Below, piece after piece: positions 18,490 through 27,770 of a stretch of 46,574 bases of DNA. The stretch's first letter is position 1. Each line of letters begins with the position of its first letter. A program made the translations under genes and the position numbers. The stretch comes from Candidatus Zambryskiibacteriota bacterium (GTDB lineage: Bacteria; Patescibacteriota; Minisyncoccia; Phycocordibacterales; DATDWN01): assembly GCA_026394775.1 (NCBI GenBank), contig JAPLZY010000009.1, positions 1 to 46,574 of the forward strand, written 5' to 3'. The notes beneath the pieces were generated by a model. That model ran no database searches and was not told where the DNA came from. It saw only the letters and a list, made by a program, of their open reading frames with translations.

Positions 18490-20460
18490 TTAAAAATCAA
18501 TACTAAAATACCGCCCACCACCACCTCCCCTTGCCGGCCCCATCATACTTTTCTTTTCTTGATCTAAGAAATCTTCATTTATATCAGCAATAAACTGAGA
18601 CGGAGTATTGATTTGTTTAGAACCAAAAATAGTACGCATTTGAGCGAGTGTGAGGTAGAGTTTTTTCCGTGCCCGGGTTACTGCCACATAAAAAAGTCTT
18701 CGTTCTTCTTCACTTTCCTCCCCTTCTTTTTTCTTTTCACCAAAGCGCCTGTGAGGAAAGAGGTCTTCTTCCATTCCGGAAATAAACACATAATCAAATT
18801 CAAGTCCTTTTGAAGAGTGCACCGTCATGAGCTTCACACCTGTTGTTTCTTTTTTAAGTGAGTCCTGGTCTGACACAAGGGCTGCATCGGTAAGTAGCTG
18901 CTCGATACCCTCTTCTGGCAAGAGTTCGTCGTATCCTGTAGCAAGAGTTACCAGTTCCATTATGTTTTCAAGTCTTTCCTGGTCTTCGTCGTTACCTTTT
19001 GCATAAGCTTCTTGCATGCCTGAAATATCTACAATGTATCGCATTGATTCAGACACTTTATGAGTCAGCATAAAACCTTTAATGCGCACAAGCATTTCCT
19101 TAAACAATCTTATTTTCTCTTGAGTTTTAATTGGAAGTCCTGCTTCTTCCCCTGCTTCTATTTTATCAAGCGTAACTTTGCCGATACCTCGCGGAGGTAC
19201 GTTTATAATACGAGCTAAATCAAGGCTACTTTCTGGGTTTAAGGCTGATTTGATATACGAGAGCATATCCTTAATTTCTTTTCGTTCAAAGAATTTTGTT
19301 CCAAGCATCTGATACGGTACACCATATGCAAGAAATGCTTCTTCAAGAATTCGAGACTGGAAGTTGGCACGGAAAAGCACGGCTATTTCATCAGGTTTTA
19401 TTCCAGATTCAATAATTTCTTTACTCCTTTGGGCAATAAAGTGCGCTTCGTCAACTTCATTAAAACCTTCGTAGACGCTCACCTTCTCACCTTCTGTATT
19501 TTCAGTAAATAAGTTTTTAGGAATACGCCATTTGTTTTTAGAGATCACTTCGTTTGCCACCTTAAGGATCATTTTTGTAGAGCGGTAATTTTGTTCGAGA
19601 AGTACGACGTGTGCATGAGGATACTTTTTTTCAAATGAAAGCATGTTTTTAATCTCAGCCCCTCTCCACCCGTAGATTGATTGATCCACATCCCCAACCA
19701 CACAAAGATTTTGATTTTTATCAAGTAATATATCAATCAGTTTATGCTGTACTTTGTTAGTGTCTTGATATTCATCTACATGCACATACTGCCAAAGGTT
19801 TTGATAGTATGTTCGAATGTCAAGGTGTTTCTCAAGTAGCTCAAGGGATTTAAGGAGAAGGTCGTCAAAATCCAAAGCTTTTTCTTTTCGCAAAGTGTCT
19901 TCGTATATTTTCCATGCACGACCAGTGATGTCAGATGTAAAGTCGTAAGACTGTCTTGATACAAACTGCTCATACGAAACCCCAAGCCCTTTTTCACGAG
20001 AAATAATACCAGCCACTTTATCCAAATGCTCTTTTGGCTCTACATTGAGAGATTCAAGAGCTTTTTTGAGAGCTTTTTTTGAGTCTGTTTTGTCAAAAAT
20101 ACCAAAATGACGAGGGAGACCAAGCCGATCTGCCCATTGCTTGATCATAAAGACCCCAAGTGAGTGAAAAGTGCTCACAAAAGGTACTGCATTGTGGTTT
20201 TGCGCTTTAAGAACCGGGTCGGCCAAAAGAAGGTGCTCTACTCGCTCACGCATCTCTTTACCTGCTTTGTTTGTGAAGGTGATAGCTAGAATATTGTGAG
20301 GATGAATACCTTGTTTGATTAAGTGAAGGATTCTATGAGTGATGGTTTTTGTTTTCCCTGCACCCGCTCCTGCAATAATCAATACGGGACCTTCGGTAGC
20401 AAGCACAGCTATTTTTTGTTTGTCGTTAAGTCCTGAAAGATAGTCGGAAGTGGTGTTCAT
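18490..20460 (-). CDS. pcrA: UvrD/PcrA ATP-dependent DNA helicase
   Basis: AGAGAGKT, TFTNKA, VDEYQD, VGDVDQSIYGWRGA, LEQNYRS, TVHSSKGLEF, EERRLFYVAVTRA. Confidence 0.95.
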   Translation of the reverse strand: MNTTSDYLSGLNDKQKIAVLATEGPVLIIAGAGAGKTKTITHRILHLIKQGIHPHNILAITFTNKAGKEMRERVEHLLLADPVLKAQNHNAVPFVSTFHSLGVFMIKQWADRLGLPRHFGIFDKTDSKKALKKALESLNVEPKEHLDKVAGIISREKGLGVSYEQFVSRQSYDFTSDITGRAWKIYEDTLRKEKALDFDDLLLKSLELLEKHLDIRTYYQNLWQYVHVDEYQDTNKVQHKLIDILLDKNQNLCVVGDVDQSIYGWRGAEIKNMLSFEKKYPHAHVVLLEQNYRSTKMILKVANEVISKNKWRIPKNLFTENTEGEKVSVYEGFNEVDEAHFIAQRSKEIIESGIKPDEIAVLFRANFQSRILEEAFLAYGVPYQMLGTKFFERKEIKDMLSYIKSALNPESSLDLARIINVPPRGIGKVTLDKIEAGEEAGLPIKTQEKIRLFKEMLVRIKGFMLTHKVSESMRYIVDISGMQEAYAKGNDEDQERLENIMELVTLATGYDELLPEEGIEQLLTDAALVSDQDSLKKETTGVKLMTVHSSKGLEFDYVFISGMEEDLFPHRRFGEKKKEGEESEEERRLFYVAVTRARKKLYLTLAQMRTIFGSKQINTPSQFIADINEDFLDQEKKSMMGPARGGGGGRYFSIDF

Positions 20461-20513
20461 GTTGCTCACTATAGCATATCAGGGAGACCTTTTTTATGTG
20501 GATAGGACGCTAT

Positions 20514-20540
20514 TGACCATGGGGTGTAGATGAGTATAAT
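20514..20540 (+). promoter_or_regulatory. Sigma70-like promoter upstream of LysM-M23 gene
   Basis: TTGACC...TATAAT about 185 nt upstream of the ATG. Confidence 0.5.
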
Positions 20541-20724
20541 AGATAAGTTGTTCAGAAATTCAGATACAAAAAATGGCTATACAAAGCCATTTCCAGACAT
20601 ACAGAATTGAAACTAACCAAACCTTATTATAGGAAACTCACATGAGTCTCCGGGTCAAAATGGTCTAAAAAACAAAGTCGTTTCGAACATTCGAAAAGGC
20701 AGAGTTGGGTCACTTGGCTCTGAG

Positions 20725-21747
20725 ATGAACAAACAGGATCTCTCAAAACTTACTCTTAAGTTTATTTTTGTTGTGTGTGTAATGCTCCTACCTTTTGTTG
20801 CTGTTGCGAGCATTCGTTCTTTTGTGACAAGTATGTTCAAAGGTGCTTCTGCTGAACCTGAGCTTGCTCAGAATTCTCAAAACATGCCGCTTCTTCAAGC
20901 TGCTACTGCACCTCAAAATCAGCCGGTGGGTGGTGGTGAGATCGCCATTGTGGACGAAAGCTCACTTCTAGCAGAAAACTCAGGTGTAGCTGCATCTTCA
21001 AAAGAACATACTTCAGACCAGATTACTACATATATAGTACGAAAAGGAGATACTCTTTCAAGCATTGCTAAAATGTTTAATGTGACTACCAATACTATAG
21101 TGTGGTCAAACGATATTGCTGGAAACAAAGTGTCTCCGGGTGACCGTCTAGTAATCCTTCCTGTTTCAGGTGTACGTCATACAGTAAAGAAAGGAGATAC
21201 ACTTCAGTCAATTGCTAAAAAATATAAAGGTGACTTGGAAGAAATCGCTCAGTTTAACGATGTGTCAGTAGATTCTAAGCTTGCCGTGGGTGACATTGTT
21301 ATTATTCCAGATGGAGAAATGCTTTCTGGACACGAAACTCCTGGTAAATCCACTCCTGTTTCGACAAAGACACTGCAAAAATACTTGGCAGCACCAAAAC
21401 TCGATGGATATTACGCCCGACCTCTTATTGGGGGCATAAAAACCCAAGGAATTCATGGCCATAACGGAGTGGATATTGCCTCAACTTTTGGTTCAAGTAT
21501 TCTCGCGGCTGCTTCGGGTGAAGTGATTATTGCTAAAGGTAGTGGATACAATGGTGGATATGGCTCATATGTTGTTATTAAACACAGTAATGGAACACAA
21601 ACACTCTACGCTCACCTCTCAGGTGTTCAGGTTTCTGCGGGAGATATGGTGGATCAAGGTCAGGTGATCGGAAACATGGGATCGACGGGTAAGTCGACGG
21701 GGACGCATTTGCACTTTGAAGTACGTGGCGCCCGCAATCCTTTCTAA
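20725..21747 (+). CDS. LysM x2 + M23 peptidoglycan endopeptidase
   Basis: YIVRKGDTLSSIA and HTVKKGDTLQSIA (LysM); HNGVD, YAHL, STGTHLHFEV (M23). Confidence 0.95.
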   Translation: MNKQDLSKLTLKFIFVVCVMLLPFVAVASIRSFVTSMFKGASAEPELAQNSQNMPLLQAATAPQNQPVGGGEIAIVDESSLLAENSGVAASSKEHTSDQITTYIVRKGDTLSSIAKMFNVTTNTIVWSNDIAGNKVSPGDRLVILPVSGVRHTVKKGDTLQSIAKKYKGDLEEIAQFNDVSVDSKLAVGDIVIIPDGEMLSGHETPGKSTPVSTKTLQKYLAAPKLDGYYARPLIGGIKTQGIHGHNGVDIASTFGSSILAAASGEVIIAKGSGYNGGYGSYVVIKHSNGTQTLYAHLSGVQVSAGDMVDQGQVIGNMGSTGKSTGTHLHFEVRGARNPF

Positions 21748-21908
21748 AACTCCCAAATTTCACCAATCTCATCGTCTAAAATTTAAAAAGGTTCTCGTCG
21801 TACGACATGCACGCCTATGAGCCTTTTTTAATTTTATACGCGACTTTGGCGAAATTATGAAAGTTTTTAGAGATTTTCTCTAGTCCGCCTAGGATTTCAC
21901 TCAGATTT
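21744..21908 (-). repeat. Structured repeat family 1, diverged inverted copy
   Basis: Reverse strand carries CTAGGCGGACTAG and AGGCGTGCATGTCGTACGACGAGAA, matching copies 1 and 2, inside different AT-rich paired arms. Confidence 0.7.
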
Positions 21909-21952
21909 GAAACCTAGAGATTGGATTATATTTAGTTTTCAAATATTTTAAA

Positions 21953-22315
21953 ATGGTTTCGTATTTCAGCGGTTTTTGTTGTCTAGTTTGTGTAAATATG
22001 TACTTTGTGACAGGAGTTTCAATGAAAGTTTCAATGTTTTATCGTATCTCGGTTGTGGTCTGGATTCTTGTTGTTTTGGAGTCCCGATACTTTTTTTCCA
22101 GACCACTCACACCTTTAAACACTCTCGGTGGAGTTTTCATTCTGTTGGTAGTTCTGGGATCAAATCAGGCCCTTGGGGTATTTGTGACGTATCACAACTA
22201 CCCACAAGGTCTACAGAAGTGGAAAATTCTCTGGGGTGTACCGGGTTTTGTGGGTATTTACATGACCTGTGTTACAGCAGGTGCTGCACTCGCTCATTAC
22301 TTCCCCGCCAACTGA
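21953..22315 (+). CDS. Hypothetical membrane protein
   Basis: Three hydrophobic segments; start uncertain; followed by a hairpin at 22322-22351. Confidence 0.45.
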   Translation: MVSYFSGFCCLVCVNMYFVTGVSMKVSMFYRISVVVWILVVLESRYFFSRPLTPLNTLGGVFILLVVLGSNQALGVFVTYHNYPQGLQKWKILWGVPGFVGIYMTCVTAGAALAHYFPAN

Positions 22316-22354
22316 ATTTAAAAAGGCGCATCCTTTGTTGAATGCGCCTTTGTG

Positions 22355-23002
22355 TTAAACAGACCAGTTTCTCCACTCTTCGAAAAGATAGAAGTTGTAT
22401 TCTGGCACAGCTTTTTTGAGCTGTTTGAAGGAAATGAGTTCGGCGTTCGGGCATTTTTGGCAGCGTCCGACAAACCCGACATTAACTGCATTGGTATTGT
22501 CGACGCACGACACAATAATGTGTCCCCCGTCGGCGACGACGTGTTGGAGGGCGTGCAACTGTACCTTGCGGTACATAATACGTGTTGCTTCATCTGTTTC
22601 TGTGACGAGAGCGTAGCCCTCGTTTTCTTCTCCTGATCCATGTCCTCCGTCTACCAGGAGAGAACATCGAAGGGATCCAGGGAGAGTTGTGGGAACATTT
22701 GGCGCTCCACCAAAACGACCGTCTGATGTCACGAACCATTTTTTGTGGATGAGTCCACCAAAGCCGACGCGGTGGTTTTTCCACAGACGAGACGCTTCGA
22801 GGGTGTTCGGAAGATTTCCCCAAGGAAATGGTCTTCCAAGGTTGGCGGACAGTAGTTCGGTGTGTGTAGCCAAACGATATCCATCGATGATGTGTTCGGT
22901 TGGTGTTCGAAGCATCGAAAGATGCCCATCGCCAATGACAATCGAGTGGCTATTCTTGAGTGAATCAAGGACAGCTTGTTTTGTTTCTAAGGTCATTCCC
23001 AT
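22355..23002 (-). CDS. Protein with C-terminal NifU-like (Nfu) domain
   Basis: VVADGGHI...VGFVGRCQKCPNA matches the Nfu DGG...G.CxxC pattern. N-terminus not recognised. Confidence 0.7.
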   Translation of the reverse strand: MGMTLETKQAVLDSLKNSHSIVIGDGHLSMLRTPTEHIIDGYRLATHTELLSANLGRPFPWGNLPNTLEASRLWKNHRVGFGGLIHKKWFVTSDGRFGGAPNVPTTLPGSLRCSLLVDGGHGSGEENEGYALVTETDEATRIMYRKVQLHALQHVVADGGHIIVSCVDNTNAVNVGFVGRCQKCPNAELISFKQLKKAVPEYNFYLFEEWRNWSV

Positions 23003-23093
23003 TCTCCTGTTGTGATATAAGAACAATAATGCTCTCTATAGAATAATATACTTATTTGCAATATATAATATGCTGTTGTATTGTTACAACAAC

Positions 23094-23906
23094 ATGTACG
23101 ATGAACTCTTCCAAAGCCTTTCAGTATCTTCCGATGAAAGCAAACTTTATATTGCTATGCTTTCATCTGGCTCAATAACTGCTGGAGATTTAGCTAAACA
23201 GACAGGTTTTCCTCGACCTTCGGTCTATACAATTTTAAAACGCCTTGTTATTAAAGGTTTAGTGCTTGAATCAAGGAAAGACGGTAAAAAGATTTTTGTA
23301 CCAATTCACCCTGACCAAATCGTTGATCTTTTTGAAGCAAAGAAAAAAGAGCTTGAGCATTCAGAAAAAGAATTTAAGAGCTCACTTCCTGATCTCCGTT
23401 CCCTACTGAGCGGTTCCTATATATCTCCTAAACTTGAGATATTTGAATCTCGTGAAGGTTTGGAGCGGGTACTAAGGGATATGCTGTTGTACCGAGATAT
23501 TACAACAGAAGCAGTGTGGCCTATTCAAACAATGATTGATACGTTGTCCCCCGGCTTCTTTGATCGACATAATAGAGAGAGGATACAAAGAAATATTTTT
23601 ACCCGTGCTATTTGGCCAGAAAATCAAGTGGTTAACTTTAAAAAACATCCCTATCTGGGCTCAGGTAAGGATTTTAAACGAGAAATACGGATTGCTCCAG
23701 AGAATATGGATTTTTCTATGGGATACTGGATTTATGGAAATAAAGTTGCATTTCTTTCGTCACGAAAAGAAAGCTTCGGATTTATTATTGAAAGCGCTGA
23801 GCTAGCAAAGACCCTGCGTTCACAATTTGAAATTATCTGGAATCAGTCCGAAAAAGTTTCAATAAAAGAAAGTGATGTGCAAGATTTTTTACATTCACTT
23901 AGTTAA
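23094..23906 (+). CDS. TrmB-family transcriptional regulator
   Basis: ESKLYIAML...LAKQTGFPRPSVYTILKRLVIKGLV winged HTH; C-terminal IYGNKV...IIES. Confidence 0.88.
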   Translation: MYDELFQSLSVSSDESKLYIAMLSSGSITAGDLAKQTGFPRPSVYTILKRLVIKGLVLESRKDGKKIFVPIHPDQIVDLFEAKKKELEHSEKEFKSSLPDLRSLLSGSYISPKLEIFESREGLERVLRDMLLYRDITTEAVWPIQTMIDTLSPGFFDRHNRERIQRNIFTRAIWPENQVVNFKKHPYLGSGKDFKREIRIAPENMDFSMGYWIYGNKVAFLSSRKESFGFIIESAELAKTLRSQFEIIWNQSEKVSIKESDVQDFLHSLS

Positions 23907-25459
23907 ATTATCTGGTATGCCTTTGGGCGGTACTGAAGGGCTTCGAGTATGTGGTCTTGTGTGATGTCGGTACTTCCTGCGAGATCTGCGATTGTCTGTG
24001 CGGTTTTGATAATACGATGGTAGCTTCGAGCGGATAGGTCGTGTTTTTTGGCGGCGGTTTGGAGAATTTCTTTCGCGTCCGCTCTTAAATGGACCATTTC
24101 TACGAGCTGTTTGCCTGAAAGTTCACTGTTGAGTGCAATACCTTTTTCTGCGTATCTTTTTTGCTGTGTGTTTCGGGCACGCTGCACACGTTCTTTGATT
24201 GTTTGGGTACTTTCCCCTGTTCCTTTTTCTGTGAGCCGTTCGTGTAAAACCGTAGACACTTCTACCCAGAGGTCAACACGGTCTGCGATAGGTCCTGAAA
24301 GTTTGCGTTTGTATTTTTGAATATGAATCGGTGAGCAAATACATTCTTTTCCTTTTACTCCATAGAACCCACACGGGCAGGGGTTCATGGCGCCCACTAA
24401 GATAAATGAAGCGGGATATACCACACTTCCTTTTGCACGTGAGATACGCACCTTTCTTTCTTCGAGAGGTTCACGAAGAGTCTCGAGTACCTGCGTGCTA
24501 AACTCGGGCATTTCGTCTAAAAAAAGCACACCTCGGTGAGCAAGAGTGACTTCTCCTGGTCGTGGATTTGTACCTCCTCCAACTATTGATACATAAGATG
24601 CGGTGTGATGAGGAGAACGGAAAGGAGCACTTGTTACAAGATCCCCTCCTCCTGTGTGGATAGAATGTATCGAAGTGACTTCGAGCATGTCGTCAAATGA
24701 GAGTGCAGGAAGTAGCCCTTTGCATGCTTTGGCAAGCATTGTTTTTCCTGTGCCCGGTGGACCATACATGATTATGTTGTGTCCTCCTGCAGCAGCTATC
24801 TCGAGCGCTCGTTTTGCTGTTTCTTGTCCAACAATATCTTGCATATCCACATCATTTTTTGAAGTGCTTGCTGAAGGTGCGCTTACTTCGAGTGCTTTTA
24901 TTTCTACATGTTCAATCCCTGGCCATTTCTCTCCGTGACTGTTGGTGTGAATATGGGCAATGACTTCCCTGAGACTTTCTGCGGGGTAAAGTGTAATACC
25001 TGTAATGACTGAAGCTTCCGTACTGTTTTCTTTAGGGATAATACACGACTCAAACCCTCTTTTTTGAGCTTCTATAAGCATAGGGATAAGACCTTTTACT
25101 TTCCGGATACTCCCATCGAGTGAAAGCTCTCCGATACACACAACAGTTTTCATGTCGGCTGTAATATCTCCAGATGCGTACAGATAGCCAATAGCTATCC
25201 CTAGGTCAAATGCTGGACCTTCTTTTTTTACATCTGCAGGGGCTAAGGCCACCACCACTTTCTGGTTTTTGCTTTTTGGTGAAGTAAAACCTGTGTTTTT
25301 AATTGCTGATGAAACGCGGTCTTTGGACTCGTCTACTGCTTTTCCTGCCAAGCCAACTATAGAAAAAGAGTGGAGCCCCTTTGAGAGGTCCACTTCTATA
25401 GTCACTATTGAAGCATCAAGGAGATTTGTTTGGGCGCTGTAAATCTGAGAGATGCTCAT
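23903..25459 (-). CDS. comM: YifB/ComM Mg-chelatase-like AAA+ ATPase
   Basis: LAPADVKKEGPAFDL, GELSLDG, GPPGTGKT, PFRSPHH, LAHRGVLFLDE, NPCPCG, LSAR. Confidence 0.93.
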   Translation of the reverse strand: MSISQIYSAQTNLLDASIVTIEVDLSKGLHSFSIVGLAGKAVDESKDRVSSAIKNTGFTSPKSKNQKVVVALAPADVKKEGPAFDLGIAIGYLYASGDITADMKTVVCIGELSLDGSIRKVKGLIPMLIEAQKRGFESCIIPKENSTEASVITGITLYPAESLREVIAHIHTNSHGEKWPGIEHVEIKALEVSAPSASTSKNDVDMQDIVGQETAKRALEIAAAGGHNIIMYGPPGTGKTMLAKACKGLLPALSFDDMLEVTSIHSIHTGGGDLVTSAPFRSPHHTASYVSIVGGGTNPRPGEVTLAHRGVLFLDEMPEFSTQVLETLREPLEERKVRISRAKGSVVYPASFILVGAMNPCPCGFYGVKGKECICSPIHIQKYKRKLSGPIADRVDLWVEVSTVLHERLTEKGTGESTQTIKERVQRARNTQQKRYAEKGIALNSELSGKQLVEMVHLRADAKEILQTAAKKHDLSARSYHRIIKTAQTIADLAGSTDITQDHILEALQYRPKAYQII

Positions 25460-25476
25460 GGATTTTGATTACTCGA

Positions 25477-25839
25477 TTAGTCGTTCATGTGCGCTTTGCA
25501 AGTCCGTGCCGCCGGGTTTACTTCAAGCCTATCTTCTTCAATCGGTAAACCAGAAATTTCACAGATGCCGTAGTTTCCCATATCAATCTTTGCAAGAGCA
25601 TCTTTGAGTTCATTGAATCTAATCTCAAGTTGCTTCAAGATTGCAGAATTATTTTCATATACTTCAATACCTTCAGCAATCTCTGCATCTTCGGCAGTAT
25701 CTGTATTTACCTCACCTTCTTTTGCTTCCCAGTCTCCTGGGTTTGAAGGGTTTTTTCGGCCAACAGTCATAAGCTCAGCCTCAACCGCTTTTAATTCTTC
25801 TTCCAATTTTAGTTTAAAGTGTTCGGTGTTTATAGTCAT
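25477..25839 (-). CDS. TraR/DksA-family zinc-finger protein
   Basis: ALAKIDMGNYGICEISGLPIEEDRLEVNPAARTC. Confidence 0.88.
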   Translation of the reverse strand: MTINTEHFKLKLEEELKAVEAELMTVGRKNPSNPGDWEAKEGEVNTDTAEDAEIAEGIEVYENNSAILKQLEIRFNELKDALAKIDMGNYGICEISGLPIEEDRLEVNPAARTCKAHMND

Positions 25840-25875
25840 GCTTCTATTGTACCTTGCTCTGTATTCCCTGGCAAT

Positions 25876-26826
25876 TTAACGTCTAAGTTGACTATTTAAA
25901 TATTTAGTGAGTATTGCTTCAAATATTTTTTCATTGCTTGTGATCACGAGTGTCTTTTTATCAATAAATCCATACAAAAGGAGGGCCGCACCATCTTGGT
26001 CTCTGATCACACGGACATCTTTGTTTTTATAGGTTTCATCAGTAAATACCGAAGGGTTTGTTTGCAGATAGTTTTCTAGTTTAGGGAAAAATGGACTTAA
26101 ATCTTTACCCATTCCACTTTCCCATTCAAGCATTCCTGAGTACACAATCCCAAAATCATCGGGCTCCAATATAACAAAAGGTTCGGCGGTGTCGTATGAA
26201 TATATACCTGCCATATAGGTATTTATGTTTCGTCGGAGTGCGTCGCTTGCACTTGGTGCAAGTGCTGTGACGAATGCCAATGTTTCTAGTTGTTTAGATT
26301 CAAGAACAAATTTTGTATAGAGGACTGTGTTTACAGGCGCACTCAAAAGACCTTTTTCTTGAAGAAGAGGTGGTGCAATCTCTCCGACATCTGCTTTTTG
26401 TATTTGAATATCTTTTTTCTGAGTGTAAGGGATCAGTGTCCGCTCGATATCCACAGCAGAAATAGTGTTTGGTGTTTTTTGAGAATTTAAGAAATAGATT
26501 CCTCCGAGCACCACACCACCAATGATGAATAAGAATACACCGAGGAGTATTTTTAAAGATGCGCCTGTTGAAGATGGTTTTTCTGTATACAGAGGTTCGT
26601 TGCGTTCGATTTTCTTTTTTTGTTCAGCAAGAACAATGGTTGCAATAGTTTCTTTTTTTTCTTCAATATGTCCCTGCATATCACCTTGAAAAGTACGCAA
26701 TGTTTTGAGTTCTGGGTTGGGAACATATCCTTTTGTATCTTCAACACGTCGAGTGCTTTTCTCTTGGGCTTGGATACTGTCTACTATAGATTGAAGACTA
26801 TTTTTCTGCAAAGGTTCATCTTTCAT
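25876..26826 (-). CDS. Hypothetical single-pass membrane protein
   Basis: LRTFQGD motif, TM helix, GMLEWE and C-terminal LLYGFIDKKTLVIT. Confidence 0.7.
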   Translation of the reverse strand: MKDEPLQKNSLQSIVDSIQAQEKSTRRVEDTKGYVPNPELKTLRTFQGDMQGHIEEKKETIATIVLAEQKKKIERNEPLYTEKPSSTGASLKILLGVFLFIIGGVVLGGIYFLNSQKTPNTISAVDIERTLIPYTQKKDIQIQKADVGEIAPPLLQEKGLLSAPVNTVLYTKFVLESKQLETLAFVTALAPSASDALRRNINTYMAGIYSYDTAEPFVILEPDDFGIVYSGMLEWESGMGKDLSPFFPKLENYLQTNPSVFTDETYKNKDVRVIRDQDGAALLLYGFIDKKTLVITSNEKIFEAILTKYLNSQLRR

Positions 26827-26857
26827 TTACATATAGTATATCAGGAAATTTGGGTAT

Positions 26858-27100
26858 AAAAAAAGTGCATCGTCTCCAGGGGGAAGTGTGATGCACCTAT
26901 GAATTTAGGTAGGGATATTCCCCACCTTCCTCATCAGAAATTTACAAAAGGGCGGTTGGACGCGGTTGCCGCCCCTTGTGCCAAGATACCCCAGGAAGGA
27001 AGGAGATGGGTTGGTATCCTGGCAAGCTTGTTCTGGAAAGTGTGGTTTGGCCCATGCCACACTTTCCGTGGTGAGGTGGCGTGTAGGTTAGTACGCACCA
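26858..27100 (-). ncRNA. Candidate structured RNA: six adjacent hairpins ending in an intrinsic terminator
   Basis: Stems include GGAAAGTGTGG/CCACACTTTCC, GCCAGGATACC/GGTATCTTGGC, GGGCGG/CCGCCC, AGGTGGGGA/TCCCTACCT, and GTGCATC/GATGCAC followed by T7. Confidence 0.5.
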
Positions 27101-27124
27101 TCTTCTACGTATACATTACGTCTG

Positions 27125-27703
27125 TTACTCCCCACTGTCAACTCCTTTTTGTGGAAAGTTTGGTTTGTTAAATCTCCCCCGTCTTTTTTCTTGTCGATAG
27201 CCGATTAGATATTTGGCTGGGTTTTGGTCGAGGTCTATAAAGTCATCTACTGCTTCAACAAGCTTAGATGAAGAAGATTTTCCAAATGAGATCGCTTCCA
27301 CCTGGCACCCTTGGTTTGTACGCAAATATTCAGCAAGTGGCACAAAGTCACCGTCTCCTGTGACCAGTATTACTGCGTCGAGTTTTGGCGCGAGTTTAAT
27401 AGCGTCAACCGCCATCCCCACATCCCAATCCCCCTTTTTAGCCCCACCGGAAAATATTTGGAGATTTTTTGTTTTAGTTTCAATACCGATTTTCTCAAGC
27501 GCATCGAAAAAGCTTTTTTCTTCACCGCTTTCTGTAGTGATTACATATGCGACCGCGCGGATCAGTGAACGGCCAGCAAGACCATCTTTGACCACTTGGT
27601 CAAAGTTTACCTTGCATCCGTAGAGATTTTTAGCGGTGTGATAGAGGTTTTGGGTATCTATAAAAATTCCAACTCGTTGATTCTTGTGTTTAATGACTGA
27701 CAT
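27125..27703 (-). CDS. NYN-domain (LabA/DUF88, PIN-like) ribonuclease
   Basis: IFIDTQNL, KGDWDVGMAVD, LVTGDGDFVPL, DDFIDL. Confidence 0.92.
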   Translation of the reverse strand: MSVIKHKNQRVGIFIDTQNLYHTAKNLYGCKVNFDQVVKDGLAGRSLIRAVAYVITTESGEEKSFFDALEKIGIETKTKNLQIFSGGAKKGDWDVGMAVDAIKLAPKLDAVILVTGDGDFVPLAEYLRTNQGCQVEAISFGKSSSSKLVEAVDDFIDLDQNPAKYLIGYRQEKRRGRFNKPNFPQKGVDSGE

Positions 27704-27770
27704 ATAAAATATATTAAATAGTTAACTAATGTATGAAAAAATAGAACAGGTTAAGTATAGCATGAGCCTC

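Noticed and set aside
20541-20724. Riboswitch (c-di-GMP or c-di-AMP) in the long leader of the LysM-M23 gene
   Set aside because: Only short hairpins and a weak GGTCTAA word; the consensus cores are not present.
17625-24446. Further CACGTG-centred words in rsmA and comM as parS sites
   Set aside because: The outer arms match the consensus poorly and they are isolated from the cluster.
26905-26940. CTGATGAG on the minus strand suggesting a hammerhead ribozyme
   Set aside because: The following stem is not followed by the required GAAA, and stems I and III cannot be formed.
26899-27171. 90-aa plus-strand ORF over the hairpin block, and 66-67-aa ORFs over 27722-28112
   Set aside because: No protein features; the regions are better explained by their inverted-repeat structure.
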